Source of the DNA: an uncultured delta proteobacterium
Lineage (GTDB): Bacteria > Myxococcota_A > Polyangia > Polyangiales > Polyangiaceae
Assembly (NCBI GenBank): GCA_963850305.1
Contig: CAWKKR010000007.1
Coordinates: 992,001 to 1,056,000, forward strand
Direction of reading: 5' to 3'
DNA length: 64,000 nucleotides
Positions 19,930 through 30,740 of the stretch are shown one piece after another. The translations under genes were made by a program, and so were the position numbers. A model generated the notes under the pieces. It saw only the letters and a program-made list of their open reading frames with translations. It was not told the origin of the DNA and made no database searches. Position 1 is the stretch's first letter, and each line of letters starts with the position of its first letter.

Positions 19930-21534
19930 ATGGCCCTCGTCACTGACTACCTGGTGCTCGGCAGCGGCGTCGCTGGGCTTTCTTTCGCACTCACGGCGGC
20001 GAGGTGCGGCGAAGTCACGGTCGTGACCAAGCGCGATCGCGACGATTCTGCGACGCAATGGGCTCAGGGAGGGGTGGCGGCGGTTCTGGCCCCCGATGAC
20101 TCCTTTGCACGTCACGCGCAGGATACCCGCGAAGCTGGCGCGGGCCTCTGTCATGAGGTCGTGGTGGACCTGTGCGTACGCGAGGCGCCGGACGCGATCC
20201 GGTGGCTCACCGAGGTGGGAGCCGCGTTCTCGCTATCGGGGGAGGGCACGCTCGATCTCGGCAGGGAGGGGGGACACACGGCGCGTCGGATCGTCCATGC
20301 CGGGGACATCACGGGCCGGGAGCTCCAGCGAGCGCTCTCCGCGGAAGTCGCGCGCCACCCGAACATCCGCGTGCTCGACTGGCACATGGGGGTGGATCTG
20401 ATCACCCTGAGCAAGTTCGGCGGACCCGACTATTGCGCGGGCGCGTACGTCCTGGACGAAAAGGGCGGCGCCGTCGAAAAGATCTTGTCGCGGGCCACCG
20501 TGCTCGCGACGGGGGGAGCCGGCAAGGTCTACCTCATCACGACGAACCCGGACGTTGCCACCGGAGACGGCGTCGCGATGGCCTACCGAGCGGGTGCCGA
20601 GATCGCGAACATGGAATTTTATCAATTCCATCCGACGTGCCTCTTTCATCCCTCGGCAAAGAATTTTCTCCTGAGCGAGGCCATGCGAGGCGAAGGTGCC
20701 GTGCTGCGGCTGCCCACCGGAGAAGCTTTCATGAAGCGGCATCACGAGATGGGCGATCTCGCTCCTCGCGACGTGGTGGCGCGCGCCATAGACTACGAGA
20801 TGAAGCGCACGGGTTCCGAGTTCATGCTGCTCGACATGACGTCGAAGAGCCCGGATTTCGTGCGTGAGCGCTTCCCGAACATCCACGCCGAGTGTCTCGG
20901 CCTGGGCTTCGACATCACGACGACCCCGATCCCGATCGTTCCCGCGGCGCATTACATGTGCGGCGGCGTGACGTCGGATCTTCACGGTCGCTCGTCGCTT
21001 CCCGGTCTCTGGGTCATCGGTGAGACGGCGTGCACGGGCCTTCACGGCGCCAACCGTCTGGCGTCGAACTCCCTTCTCGAAGGGTTGGTCTTCGGGCGCC
21101 GCGCGGCGCTGAAGCTCGCGCAAGACGAGCCGCGCGGGGCGTGGCCCGTTCCCGACGTCCCCGATTGGGAGACAGGCTCCGCCGTGCAGAGCGACGAGGC
21201 CGTGGTCGTCACGCACAACTGGGACGAGATCCGCCGGTTGATGTGGAACTACGTCGGCATCGTGCGGAGCACGGCACGGCTCCGCCGAGCCTCGCGCCGC
21301 GTGGCCCTGCTGGAAGAAGAGATCCGCGGCTATTACTGGAAGCACCTAGTCACGCGTGACTTGCTCGAGCTCAGGAACATCGCGCTGGTCGCGGAGCTGA
21401 TCATCGCGTCGGCCGCGACGCGGCACGAGAGCCGCGGGCTGCACTTCACCATCGACTATCCCGAAACCGACGAACACTACGCCTCCGACACGGTCGCGAA
21501 GCGAGGCGTCGCACCACACCTCCGTCGCTCGTGA
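19930..21534 (+). CDS. nadB: L-aspartate oxidase
   Basis: GSGVAGL, WAQGGVAAV, REGGH, QFHPT, GLHGANRLASNSLLEG, ESRGLHF. Confidence 0.97.
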   Translation: MALVTDYLVLGSGVAGLSFALTAARCGEVTVVTKRDRDDSATQWAQGGVAAVLAPDDSFARHAQDTREAGAGLCHEVVVDLCVREAPDAIRWLTEVGAAFSLSGEGTLDLGREGGHTARRIVHAGDITGRELQRALSAEVARHPNIRVLDWHMGVDLITLSKFGGPDYCAGAYVLDEKGGAVEKILSRATVLATGGAGKVYLITTNPDVATGDGVAMAYRAGAEIANMEFYQFHPTCLFHPSAKNFLLSEAMRGEGAVLRLPTGEAFMKRHHEMGDLAPRDVVARAIDYEMKRTGSEFMLLDMTSKSPDFVRERFPNIHAECLGLGFDITTTPIPIVPAAHYMCGGVTSDLHGRSSLPGLWVIGETACTGLHGANRLASNSLLEGLVFGRRAALKLAQDEPRGAWPVPDVPDWETGSAVQSDEAVVVTHNWDEIRRLMWNYVGIVRSTARLRRASRRVALLEEEIRGYYWKHLVTRDLLELRNIALVAELIIASAATRHESRGLHFTIDYPETDEHYASDTVAKRGVAPHLRRS

Positions 21535-22352
21535 CCCAGAAGCTCCCCTTCAGCTATTGGCTCGCCGTTGGCTGGACGCTGGGCGCGGCCTCATGCCTTC
21601 TGTGGTTGCTCCAACTCTCGGTTGCTCTGAGACCTTCGTCGGCGAACGATGTGGTCCAGCTCGGCGCCATCGAGGCCCTCGTGTTCGTCACCGGCGTGCT
21701 CGGCGTGCTCTTCGTGCATGGCAAGGAGACGACCTTGACCGCGTCGCTCGGGATTCGCCCGACGCATCCAGCACTGTTCTTGCTCGCCATCGCACTCGGC
21801 ATCGTCGCCCATTTCCCGGCCGAATCCGTCGATTCGCTCGTCGCGAAATTTTTCCCGGAGTCTGCCGCGGATCTGCTCGCCGAATCGACCCTCCTGGCGG
21901 CTGGGTCGTCGCTGAGGCTCGTAGTCGTCTTGCTCGTGGTCGCCTGCGTCGGTCCTCTAGTCGAAGAGCTATTCTTCCGGGGAGCGATCTTCGGCGCTCT
22001 CCGGCAAAGTCATTCGCTCGCCGGTACGGCTTCCGTCACGGCCATCTGCTTCGTGATTGGACATCTGAATTTCCGGAAGTGGCCCGCCCTCATCGTCGTG
22101 GCGTTCGCGCTCACCTATCTACGCGCCGCGAGCGGTTCTCTATTGCCGTCGCTGGCGATGCACGTCGTGTTCAATGCCGTGAGCGTCCTCGCGTTTTTCT
22201 TGGGAGATGTGTCGCCTGCCAAGGGCCGGTCCCTCAGCGTCACCCAGGGGGTCCTCGGTACGCTGGGCACCGTCGCAGTTCTCCTCGTGGTCCGCTTCGT
22301 CGCAAACCGCGCGCCCTCCGCGCAACTCGCGCGTGCGGAGGACACACAATGA
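21531..22352 (+). CDS. CPBP/Abi family intramembrane metalloprotease
   Basis: EELFFRG, FVIGH, HVVFN motifs with multiple TM segments. Confidence 0.9.
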   Translation: MTQKLPFSYWLAVGWTLGAASCLLWLLQLSVALRPSSANDVVQLGAIEALVFVTGVLGVLFVHGKETTLTASLGIRPTHPALFLLAIALGIVAHFPAESVDSLVAKFFPESAADLLAESTLLAAGSSLRLVVVLLVVACVGPLVEELFFRGAIFGALRQSHSLAGTASVTAICFVIGHLNFRKWPALIVVAFALTYLRAASGSLLPSLAMHVVFNAVSVLAFFLGDVSPAKGRSLSVTQGVLGTLGTVAVLLVVRFVANRAPSAQLARAEDTQ

Positions 22353-23419
22353 GGCCGAAGATCGCGCTCTGCCTGCCGGGCGGTGGCGTGACCGGTGCCA
22401 TGTACCAGATTGGCGCGCTCGCCGCGCTGGAAGACAGCGTCGAAGGTTTCGACGCCAACGACCTTTCTCTTTACGTCGGAAGTTCCAGTGGCGCGAGCGT
22501 CGCGTCGGCGCTTGCGGGCGGTATTCCCGTACAGCGAATGTACCGGGCACTCCTCGACCCGGCTGACGTATTCTTTCCGCTCGAACGACGCCATCTGCTC
22601 CGTGTGGACGTCGGTGAGTGGACCCGTGCCGTCGGCACCCTCTTCGGTGCCGTGCGGCATGGCAGCGCATCCGTCTTTTCGCGAAGACCCGCGCCGACCC
22701 CGCAAGCCCTGTGGGAAGAGCTGGATCGTCTCTACGATTCGCTGCCTACCGGCGTGTTCAAGCTCGAAGGGTACGAACGCTTCCTCGAGGATTTCTTCGC
22801 CCGCCGGGGCGTGCCGAACAACTTCCGCGCCATCCAGCGCCCCCTCCGCATCCTGGCGCACGACCTGGACAGCGGGGAGCCGGTCTTCTTCGGAGACACA
22901 GGTACGGATTACGTGCCGGTGTCCCGCGCCTGCATTGCCTCGACGGCGCTTCCGCCGTTCTTTTCGCCGGTACGGATCCGCGACAGATTTTACATCGACG
23001 CCGGGGCCGCGCAGGTTGCTCTTCTCGATGCAGCGCTCGCGGTGGGCGCGGACGTGCTGATCATCGTGAACCCGATGGTCTCGGTGCGAGTGGAAATGGT
23101 GCCCACGGGTCACGGTCACCGTTCGAGCGTGCGCGACAAGGGCTATCTCTGGGTTGCGAACCAGGCGATCCGCATCGGGATGCACGCGCTTCTGCGCGAG
23201 TCCATCGCCCGGATTCGCCGCGAGGGAAAGGCGGACATCCTCTTGCTGGAGCCGGACGCCACGGACGGCATCTTGTTCATGTTCAGCCCGGCGAGCTTCA
23301 CCGGGCGCCGGAAGATGCTCGAGTACGCGTATCGCACGACGCGCGACAAGCTCGCAGACCTCTTTTCCTCGGGGAACGAATCCGTTGTCAGGGCAGGATG
23401 GACGCGTCGCGCGGTCTAG
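22349..23419 (+). CDS. Patatin-like phospholipase
   Basis: LPGGGVTG, GSSSG nucleophile, YIDAG. Confidence 0.9.
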   Translation: MRPKIALCLPGGGVTGAMYQIGALAALEDSVEGFDANDLSLYVGSSSGASVASALAGGIPVQRMYRALLDPADVFFPLERRHLLRVDVGEWTRAVGTLFGAVRHGSASVFSRRPAPTPQALWEELDRLYDSLPTGVFKLEGYERFLEDFFARRGVPNNFRAIQRPLRILAHDLDSGEPVFFGDTGTDYVPVSRACIASTALPPFFSPVRIRDRFYIDAGAAQVALLDAALAVGADVLIIVNPMVSVRVEMVPTGHGHRSSVRDKGYLWVANQAIRIGMHALLRESIARIRREGKADILLLEPDATDGILFMFSPASFTGRRKMLEYAYRTTRDKLADLFSSGNESVVRAGWTRRAV

Positions 23420-23421
23420 CC

Positions 23422-23904
23422 GTGTCGAGGGGGGCCATCGCGGCCATCGTGCTTGCGGCGTCCCTGCTCGTGGCATGCGGAGACGATTACCGCATCGGCG
23501 AATACGTCTGGGTATCTTGGGACGGACGCGACTATCCGGCGTACGTCATCGATCATCGCAGCAAGTCACGCTATCGCGTTCACTACGACGGCTACGACAC
23601 GCGCTGGGACGAAGACGTCACGCTCGACCGCGTCAAGGGTCGGATCAAAGGAACAGTCGTTCCCCCGCCGCCGCCGGCCAAGGTGGCGCGTGCCATGGGG
23701 CTCACGCCGCGGCCGAGCGGTTCCGCGGGGGCGCCGAGCGAGTTTGCCGTCGGAGATCGAGTTCGCGTGCGCTGGCGAGAATCCGTTTACCTCGCCACCG
23801 TCGTGAGCCTCGCGGGAGCGGGCCGCGTCCGCGTGCACTACGATGGATACGGAAGCGAGTGGGACGAAACCATTCCGGGGGATCGCATCCTCGGTAAGCG
23901 CTGA
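23422..23904 (+). CDS. Lipoprotein with two chromo-barrel/Tudor-knot-like domains
   Basis: Lipobox LVAC; twice the motif W...Y.A.V....RVHYDGY...WDE. Confidence 0.75.
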   Translation: MSRGAIAAIVLAASLLVACGDDYRIGEYVWVSWDGRDYPAYVIDHRSKSRYRVHYDGYDTRWDEDVTLDRVKGRIKGTVVPPPPPAKVARAMGLTPRPSGSAGAPSEFAVGDRVRVRWRESVYLATVVSLAGAGRVRVHYDGYGSEWDETIPGDRILGKR

Positions 23905-23942
23905 AGTTGGCCGCTGGGCTCGCGCTCCGATATGCGTGAGAC

Positions 23943-24389
23943 ATGCCGAGTGGTCGAAGAACCGTAGTCTTCGTTGCAATCGTCGGCAGCGTGGCAACTC
24001 TGGCAGGACAGGTGGACGCACGGCGCCCCACCATCGCGATTGGCGAAGTCCGCGCCCGCGTTCACGGGGCTGACAGGGCGATGGAAGCGACGCTGCGCAC
24101 CCTGGTCTCCCAGGAGATCGCTCGGCTCGACGTCGACCATGTTCGTCACGCCGATTCCTACGTGTTCTCGGCGTCGCTCGTTCGAATGGACGCGGAGTCG
24201 TCGCGCCAGGGATCTCGCGCGAGCTGCGTCGTGTCCGGCGTGTTGCGGCGCGCTCACGAAGGCGCGTTGCTCGCGGTGACGCGCGGGAGCGGCCTCGTCG
24301 AGGACGAGCGCTTCCTCGACGTCGCGAAGGAACAGGCTCTCGAAGCCGCCGTCCACGGCGCAGTCAAACGCGTGCCCGACGCTCTTTAG
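23943..24389 (+). CDS. Secreted hypothetical protein
   Basis: Signal-like N-terminus; fits the operon. Confidence 0.6.
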   Translation: MPSGRRTVVFVAIVGSVATLAGQVDARRPTIAIGEVRARVHGADRAMEATLRTLVSQEIARLDVDHVRHADSYVFSASLVRMDAESSRQGSRASCVVSGVLRRAHEGALLAVTRGSGLVEDERFLDVAKEQALEAAVHGAVKRVPDAL

Positions 24390-24495
24390 ATTCGTCGCTC
24401 GGCCGGGTCGATCACCGAGACAGTCGGCGTCAGGGATCGGATCGTAGCTGGAGCGAGCGCTTTGCCCCGCCTGGCCCGGCGGGCGGGTCTCGGGC

Positions 24496-26166
24496 TCAAG
24501 CTCCCGCCACCTCGATCAATTCCGGCGCCTTTGCCGATCGCTGGAGCACGACGGCGATTCGCTCGACCAGGCGCTGTTCCGCCCCGGGCTGGGTCGCGCT
24601 GAGAACGATCGCGGCGGACACCCCGTCGAGGGCGGCTCGGTCATCAGGGTCGAGCCGGTCCGCCTTGTTGTAGATGCGAAGGCGGGGAATACGTTCGAGT
24701 TCGAGCTCGGCGAGCAGATGCTCCGTGGTCTCCTCGTGTTCCTCGCGCTCGTCACTCGACGCGTCCACGACCTCGAGCAAGAGATCCGCATCGGCAATCT
24801 CCTCGAACGTTGCGCGGAACGCCGCGAACAGATCGCGGGGCATGTTGCGGATGAAGCCGACCGTGTCTGTCACGACGGCGTGCGAGCCGTCCGGAAGGCG
24901 TAACCGGCGCGCGCGCGTATCGAGGGTGGCGAACAGCTGGTCTTCGGCGCGTACACCGGCCCCGGTGAGCGCGTTGAGGAGCGTGCTCTTGCCCGCGTTC
25001 GTGTAACCGACCAGCGCGACGACGGGGATGTTGCTCGAGACGCGGCGACGTCGTTGCTCGGTCCGCTTTTTCGACAGCTGCGCCAGCTCCTTCTCCAGCC
25101 GGGTGACGCGTTCGCGTGCCCGACGACGACCGATCTCCAGCTTCGTTTCTCCGGGCCCTCGGCCGCCAATGCCGCCCGTTAGCCGACTCAGCGAGTCGTC
25201 GCGAGTTCCAAGGCGCGGGAGCGCATATTTGAGCTGCGCGAGCTCGACTTGAAGCTTGCCGTCCGAGCTTTCGGCGCGCTGCGCGAAGATATCGAGGATC
25301 AGCTGCGTGCGGTCGAGCACCTTGAGATCCGTTTGTGCCGCGATCCCGCTCGCCTGCGACGGGCTGAGCTCCTGGTCGAAGATGAGCGTCTGCGCATCGA
25401 GATCGATGGCACGGAGGATCACCTCTTCCAGCTTGCCGCGTCCGAGTACGAATTTCGGATCGACCTGTTCCCGGAGCTGCACGATCGAGTCCACGACGTC
25501 CACGCCGGCGGTCTCCGCGAGCGCTTGAAGTTCGGCAAGACCCGAGCGTGCGCGGTCCCCCGCTCGGGTCTGTCGGCGACTTCCGACGTGCACGAGGATG
25601 GCGCGCCCGTCCTTGGCGATTTCCCTCGTGCGGCCGCGACGCGCAAACTCCTGCTCGAGCGACTCGATCAACTCGCCGAAATTCGGCTGCGGGTGACCGT
25701 ACGGGACAGGCCCTTCGATGCGATAGCCCGCACCGCCATCGACGACCGGAACGTTATAGGCAAACGTCATGGATCGCGGTTCGCCCTGCGTGTCCAGCAC
25801 GATGGCCGAAACGAGATCGAGGCGTAGGCGCGTCAAGTCGGTGAGGTCGTCTCGGGTCAGAGGCTCTCCGTAGAGATGCGTGTGCACGAGGCGTAGTGCG
25901 CGAAATCGTCCCTGTGCGGCGCGGAGCCGTCCGATGTCGGGCAGCATGAGTCCGGTCGCCGTGCCGACCACTACGTAGTCGACAGCGCCCGATCGGTGGA
26001 CGAGAGCGCCGACTTGACGCTTCGCCTCGTGTGAGGCCTCCACGAGCGAACGGACGAGTTCCGGCGTCGCGATCCGATCGAGAGGGACGCGCCTACGGTA
26101 GATGCGCTCGAGCGCCCTCTGGGCTTGCGGGCCGAGCCCCGAAGTGTTCCCATAAATCTCCGGCAT
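24496..26166 (-). CDS. hflX: GTPase HflX (long form)
   Basis: LILDIFAQRA, GIGGRGPGETKLE, GYTNAGKST, DTVGFI, NKAD. Confidence 0.97.
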   Translation of the reverse strand: MPEIYGNTSGLGPQAQRALERIYRRRVPLDRIATPELVRSLVEASHEAKRQVGALVHRSGAVDYVVVGTATGLMLPDIGRLRAAQGRFRALRLVHTHLYGEPLTRDDLTDLTRLRLDLVSAIVLDTQGEPRSMTFAYNVPVVDGGAGYRIEGPVPYGHPQPNFGELIESLEQEFARRGRTREIAKDGRAILVHVGSRRQTRAGDRARSGLAELQALAETAGVDVVDSIVQLREQVDPKFVLGRGKLEEVILRAIDLDAQTLIFDQELSPSQASGIAAQTDLKVLDRTQLILDIFAQRAESSDGKLQVELAQLKYALPRLGTRDDSLSRLTGGIGGRGPGETKLEIGRRRARERVTRLEKELAQLSKKRTEQRRRRVSSNIPVVALVGYTNAGKSTLLNALTGAGVRAEDQLFATLDTRARRLRLPDGSHAVVTDTVGFIRNMPRDLFAAFRATFEEIADADLLLEVVDASSDEREEHEETTEHLLAELELERIPRLRIYNKADRLDPDDRAALDGVSAAIVLSATQPGAEQRLVERIAVVLQRSAKAPELIEVAGA

Positions 26167-26337
26167 TCCGTGAACGGTTCTTCGAGGAGAGTAACCGCGA
26201 CATCACGCATCCGCAACCGGTCCTCCACGATTCTGCATCGTCCCAACCGGTCGAGAGGGGACGGCGCGATGCGATGGATCCGCGCCATCACGTGCCTCTC
26301 GCCCTTTTTCGAAGGATGGTGTACCTCGGCCACGAAA

Positions 26338-27300
26338 ATGGGAAGGTTCACGGTGCTCTCGCTCGACGACGCGAAGCGGCTCGCTGCGACGTTCGGCGTC
26401 GACGTGGCTCGAGTCGAGGCATTGTCCTCGGGGTCGGTGAACTCCAACTTTCGCCTCACGGACACCGCGGGGGCGGCCTACTTCGCACGCATCTACGAGG
26501 AACAGGCCGAGGATGGCGCTCTCGCCGAGCTCAGGCTGCTCCGCGAGCTCGCGCGTGCTGGGATCCCGACGACCGTGCCGCTTTCGCCGCAGGGCTCGTC
26601 TCAATCGGGGATGCCGGCTCTCGGGGGTAAGCCGTTCGCGATGTATCCGTGGGTCCACGGCGAGATCCTGTGTCAAGCGCGCGTCACACCCAAACACTGC
26701 CAGGCCGTCGGCGAGACGCTCGCGCGACTGCATCTGGCGACGGCTCACGTCACGCCGCTTGCCGGCGGGCGTTTCCGCATCCAGGACCTGGTGGATCGGC
26801 TCGAGCGGATCGAGCGTGAGAGTCCGGAACATCGCGACGCGGCGCTGCACATTCGGCATCGACTCAGGCATCACGCTGCGCGTCGTGACCCGTCGTTGCC
26901 GACAGGGCTAATCCACGGAGATCTGTTCCGTGACAACGTGCTCTGGTCCGGCCAGGACATCGCTGCTGTCATTGACTTCGAGAGCGCGGCAACGGGCTCG
27001 TTCGCGTTCGACGTCATGGTGACGCTGCTTGCTTGGTGTTTCGGCGACGCCTTCGGAGCGGAGCTGATCTCGGCTCTCCTTTTGGGCTACGAGACCATCC
27101 GTCCCCTCGAGGCGCGCGAATGGGATGCCCTGCTCACCGAGGGCGCCATCGCGTCTCTCCGCTTCGCCACGACTCGTATCACCGACTTCTCGATGCGAGC
27201 TTCTCCGGGAACGGCGCCACTTCGCGACTATCGCCGATTCCTCGAACGTCTCGAAGCGCTCGAGGGAGGCGTGCTCGATCTGCACCGCGCAGAGGCCTGA
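26338..27300 (+). CDS. thrB: Homoserine kinase type II (APH fold)
   Basis: GSVNSNF, LPTGLIHGDLFRDNVL, IDFE, LRFATTR. Confidence 0.85.
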   Translation: MGRFTVLSLDDAKRLAATFGVDVARVEALSSGSVNSNFRLTDTAGAAYFARIYEEQAEDGALAELRLLRELARAGIPTTVPLSPQGSSQSGMPALGGKPFAMYPWVHGEILCQARVTPKHCQAVGETLARLHLATAHVTPLAGGRFRIQDLVDRLERIERESPEHRDAALHIRHRLRHHAARRDPSLPTGLIHGDLFRDNVLWSGQDIAAVIDFESAATGSFAFDVMVTLLAWCFGDAFGAELISALLLGYETIRPLEAREWDALLTEGAIASLRFATTRITDFSMRASPGTAPLRDYRRFLERLEALEGGVLDLHRAEA

Positions 27301-27414
27301 CCCCAAAGATCTCGTGGGCCGCGAACACATCAGCGGAGCCCCGTGAGGGGCGACGTTTTGGCCAGGTGCTTCATTCTGGTTCCGGGTGGCTGACCGCCGC
27401 TCTACGATGCGGGC

Positions 27415-28797
27415 ATGACCGTCGCGAGAGGCGGGCGGCTTTCGCCCGAGATCAGTGGTTCGATGCAGGAGCTCAATACGAGCGTCCACGTGGATCGCGA
27501 GCTTTGGAGGGAAGACATCACCGGGTCGATCGCACACGTGCGCGGGCTGGAAGCGGCGCGGGTGCTCACGGCGAGCGAGGCGAATCTGCTCGTCGAAGGC
27601 CTGGAGACGGTCGCTCGAGAAATCGAGGCCGGCAAGATGGCGTGGGATCCCGCACGCGAAGACGTGCACATGAACGTCGAGGCGAGGCTCGCGGAACTCG
27701 TCGGACCCGTCGGCGGCAAGCTGCACACTGGCCGCTCGCGCAACGACCAGGTTGCGACGGATCTGCGGCTCTGGACTCGGCGCCGCATCGACGAGGTGCT
27801 CGTAGCGGTCGACGAGTTCGCGCGCGTGCTCATAGATGCCGCAGAGCGGGAAATCGACGTTCTCATGCCCGCGTACACGCACTTGCAGCCCGCTCAACCG
27901 AGTCGGCTTTCCCATCACCTGCTCGCGTGGCAGGAACTCCTTCACCGAGATCGCGGACGGCTGGTGGATGCGCGGCAACGAGTCAACGAATCGCCTCTCG
28001 GGGCCGGCGCCGTCGCCGGGACGGGGTTTCCAGTGGATCGCGAGGCGGTCGCGAGATCTCTAGGGTTCGAGCGAGCCATGCGTAACTCCATCGACGCGAC
28101 AGGAAGCCGTGACTTTTTGATGGAGGTTGCCGGCGCGCTTACGATTCTCGGAGTGCACCTGTCGCGGATAGGGGAAGAAGTCGTGATCTGGTCGACGATG
28201 GAGTTCGGCTTTCTCACGCTTTCGGACGCGTTCTCGACGAGCTCCTCGATGATGCCCCAGAAGAAGAACCCGGACGTGGCGGAGCTCGTTCGAGGCAAAT
28301 CAGCGAGCCTGATCGGCTGCGTGACGACGCTCTATACGCTCGAAAAGAGCCTCGCTTTCGGCTACGGCCGCGATCTCCAGGAGGACAAGCGGCCCATTTT
28401 CGACGCGTTCGAGGCTGCGCTCGTGAGTTTGCGTGCGCTCGCAGGCGCCATCGCGACGGCCACGTTCAACAAGGACAGGCTTCACGCGGCGCTCGAGCGC
28501 GGGCACCTTTGTGCGACGGACCTCGCGGATTATCTCGTGAATCAGGGCGTGCCGTTCCGGGAGGCACATCACGTCGTCGGCGCGCTCGTCGCCGTTGCGG
28601 AGGCCGGCGGCGTACAGCTCGGAGAGCTGTCGCAGGAGACGCTCGTTCGGGCGCACGGGAGCCTCGGTTCGCCGGAGGTCGCCAAGGTGCTCGATCCCGC
28701 TGCTGCGGTGGAGCGACGACTGGTGCGAGGGGCGCCTGCTCGAGTGCGCGTTGCCGAAGCAATCGGGGAAGCGCGCGTACGCTGGAACGCGTCGTAG
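27415..28797 (+). CDS. argH: Argininosuccinate lyase
   Basis: EDVHMNVE, LHTGRSRNDQVATD, SSMMPQKKNPD, PFREAH. Confidence 0.97.
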   Translation: MTVARGGRLSPEISGSMQELNTSVHVDRELWREDITGSIAHVRGLEAARVLTASEANLLVEGLETVAREIEAGKMAWDPAREDVHMNVEARLAELVGPVGGKLHTGRSRNDQVATDLRLWTRRRIDEVLVAVDEFARVLIDAAEREIDVLMPAYTHLQPAQPSRLSHHLLAWQELLHRDRGRLVDARQRVNESPLGAGAVAGTGFPVDREAVARSLGFERAMRNSIDATGSRDFLMEVAGALTILGVHLSRIGEEVVIWSTMEFGFLTLSDAFSTSSSMMPQKKNPDVAELVRGKSASLIGCVTTLYTLEKSLAFGYGRDLQEDKRPIFDAFEAALVSLRALAGAIATATFNKDRLHAALERGHLCATDLADYLVNQGVPFREAHHVVGALVAVAEAGGVQLGELSQETLVRAHGSLGSPEVAKVLDPAAAVERRLVRGAPARVRVAEAIGEARVRWNAS

Positions 28798-28808
28798 GCG
28801 TATCCGGG

Positions 28809-29897
28809 TCACTGTGAGGGTGGCGGGGGCACCCAGACGAAGGTGTCTTGCGGGCGTCCGTGTCTTTCGAACGCGCCGGTCTCGATCAGAATGATGCCGC
28901 CGCCAACGATGGCCGTGACGGCAGCGGCGGTCCACGGGATCCACGCTCTTCGGGACGGCTCGGGCCAGGGCGGGTGAACCGGCAGCTGGAACGCCTCACC
29001 CCAATCACGGTGCCAGGGCAAGAACGCGCCGCACGAGGCCTTCCAGCAAATGGCGACCTCGATCCCGTCGGTCGCGGGCCGCGCGACGACGAAGTGTGGA
29101 CAGAGCACCTCGCCTCGGAACTGGGGTCGGTCAGCCGTCATGACCGCGGTTCCGAGATCCGTCTCGTCGCAGGGGGCAGGGGGCGGTATGGGTAGCGTCG
29201 TCGGTGATTCCGCGGCGTCGACCCAGCCCGACCACGCGACTTGCCCCTCGCGAAGCACGCGCACATGGTGGGTTCCGCGCGCCACGGTCGGCGGATACCC
29301 GACCCGAGTGCCGTCAATCTCCACCTCGTCGCCAGGCCGCGCGCCCTGGAGAGCAACCGTCGTTGCGGAGCTTGCGGTCGAACTCGTGACGCCCGGCCCA
29401 GACCCGGCGCCCTGCCGCGCTTTTGCGGGGCGCGACATCTTCGTGACGGCCGGCGTTTCGGCAAACGACGGCGCTCGTAGTCCGTCAATCGTCGCCGCAC
29501 GCTGCTCGAGAGCGACCGCGGTCGCCGTGTCGGTTGGTCGCACGGCCTCCGCACGGGCACGCCAGGTTTCGGCCATCAGAAACCCTGCCTCGGGAAGCGC
29601 GGGGTGAGCCCGGAGCAGGGCTTCGGCGTCATCGAGAGGAGCGGTCGACGCGGCCGGATCCGCGGAGTAAGTCGCCGTCCGCGCTTCCGAAAGAAGAGCC
29701 TCGACGCGTAGCGCCAGAGCGTCGTCGTGGGTCGCAGGCTCGAGTCCGCCCGCGGCTGTTGGCTCCTCGATCTCGACCATGCGAGAAGACGCCCAGGATT
29801 CCAGGTCCGGTTCGTGGCTTTCGCGAGTCCCCGCGGAGCCGAGCCAGAGGACGACGAGGGCGGCGCTCACGGGCCTCCCGGGAGTGGCCCCTGACAA
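28809..29897 (-). CDS. Hypothetical membrane-anchored protein (PEGA-like segment); start uncertain
   Basis: VEIDG...RGTHHVRV segment and a C-terminal TM helix. Confidence 0.55.
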   Translation of the reverse strand: MSGATPGRPVSAALVVLWLGSAGTRESHEPDLESWASSRMVEIEEPTAAGGLEPATHDDALALRVEALLSEARTATYSADPAASTAPLDDAEALLRAHPALPEAGFLMAETWRARAEAVRPTDTATAVALEQRAATIDGLRAPSFAETPAVTKMSRPAKARQGAGSGPGVTSSTASSATTVALQGARPGDEVEIDGTRVGYPPTVARGTHHVRVLREGQVAWSGWVDAAESPTTLPIPPPAPCDETDLGTAVMTADRPQFRGEVLCPHFVVARPATDGIEVAICWKASCGAFLPWHRDWGEAFQLPVHPPWPEPSRRAWIPWTAAAVTAIVGGGIILIETGAFERHGRPQDTFVWVPPPPSQ

Positions 29898-30011
29898 TCT
29901 TGGATCAGAACGGCAGAAACCGCCTTAAGCTGACGATTCGCTAGCGTTCCTCCGCCGGGTTTGCCGGTCGGGAGCGCCCCGACGAGCCAGAGGGCTCGGG
30001 AGACGAACCGG

Positions 30012-30740
30012 GTGCAGCTCGATTTTGCCGCGCGCGAACTCACCGTAAAGCTCGTGTACTACGGTCCCGCGCTCAGCGGAAAGACCACGAACCTCCAGGC
30101 GCTCCACGACGCGACCGACCCGGCCGCCACCGGTCGCCTGATGACGCTCGAGACCAAGGACGATCGAACCTTATTTTTCGATCTTTTGCCCCTCACGTTC
30201 AAGGGGCAAGGAGACTTGTCGGTTCGAATCAAGGTCTTCACCGTGCCGGGCCAGGTCATTCACTCCTCCACCAGAAGGCTCGTGGTTCAGGGCGCGGATG
30301 GGGTCGCCTTCATCGCAGATTCCCAGACCGAGGAGACGCAGGCGAACGCCGAAGCCTTCGTGGACCTTCGACAGAACCTCAAGGCCAATGGTCTCGCGCT
30401 GAAGCAGATGCCGCTCATCATTCAGTTCAACAAGCGGGACTTGAGGGACGTCCGGAGCGATGAGGAGATTGCAAACCTCGCCGCTCAAGGCCGGGAGCCC
30501 GTGTACCTCGCTGTTGCCACGCGGGGCGAGGGCGTGGTCGAGAGTTTCATCGGTCTTCTTCATTTGACGTGGAGCGCGCTCGAAGCCGAGCACGAGCTCG
30601 GCAAGAAGTTTGGCTTCGACTCGACCGCATTTCTCGCCGAAGTGGCGCACAAGCTGGGCAACGAGAAGACCCTTCCGGAGATCCTCGCGACATGCGTTGG
30701 GGGCGCCCTCGACGTTCTGCGGCCGGAGACACAGCCGTGA
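30012..30740 (+). CDS. MglA-family small GTPase paralog
   Basis: KLVYYGPALSGKTTNL, DRTLFFD, TVPGQ, NKRD. Confidence 0.9.
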   Translation: MQLDFAARELTVKLVYYGPALSGKTTNLQALHDATDPAATGRLMTLETKDDRTLFFDLLPLTFKGQGDLSVRIKVFTVPGQVIHSSTRRLVVQGADGVAFIADSQTEETQANAEAFVDLRQNLKANGLALKQMPLIIQFNKRDLRDVRSDEEIANLAAQGREPVYLAVATRGEGVVESFIGLLHLTWSALEAEHELGKKFGFDSTAFLAEVAHKLGNEKTLPEILATCVGGALDVLRPETQP

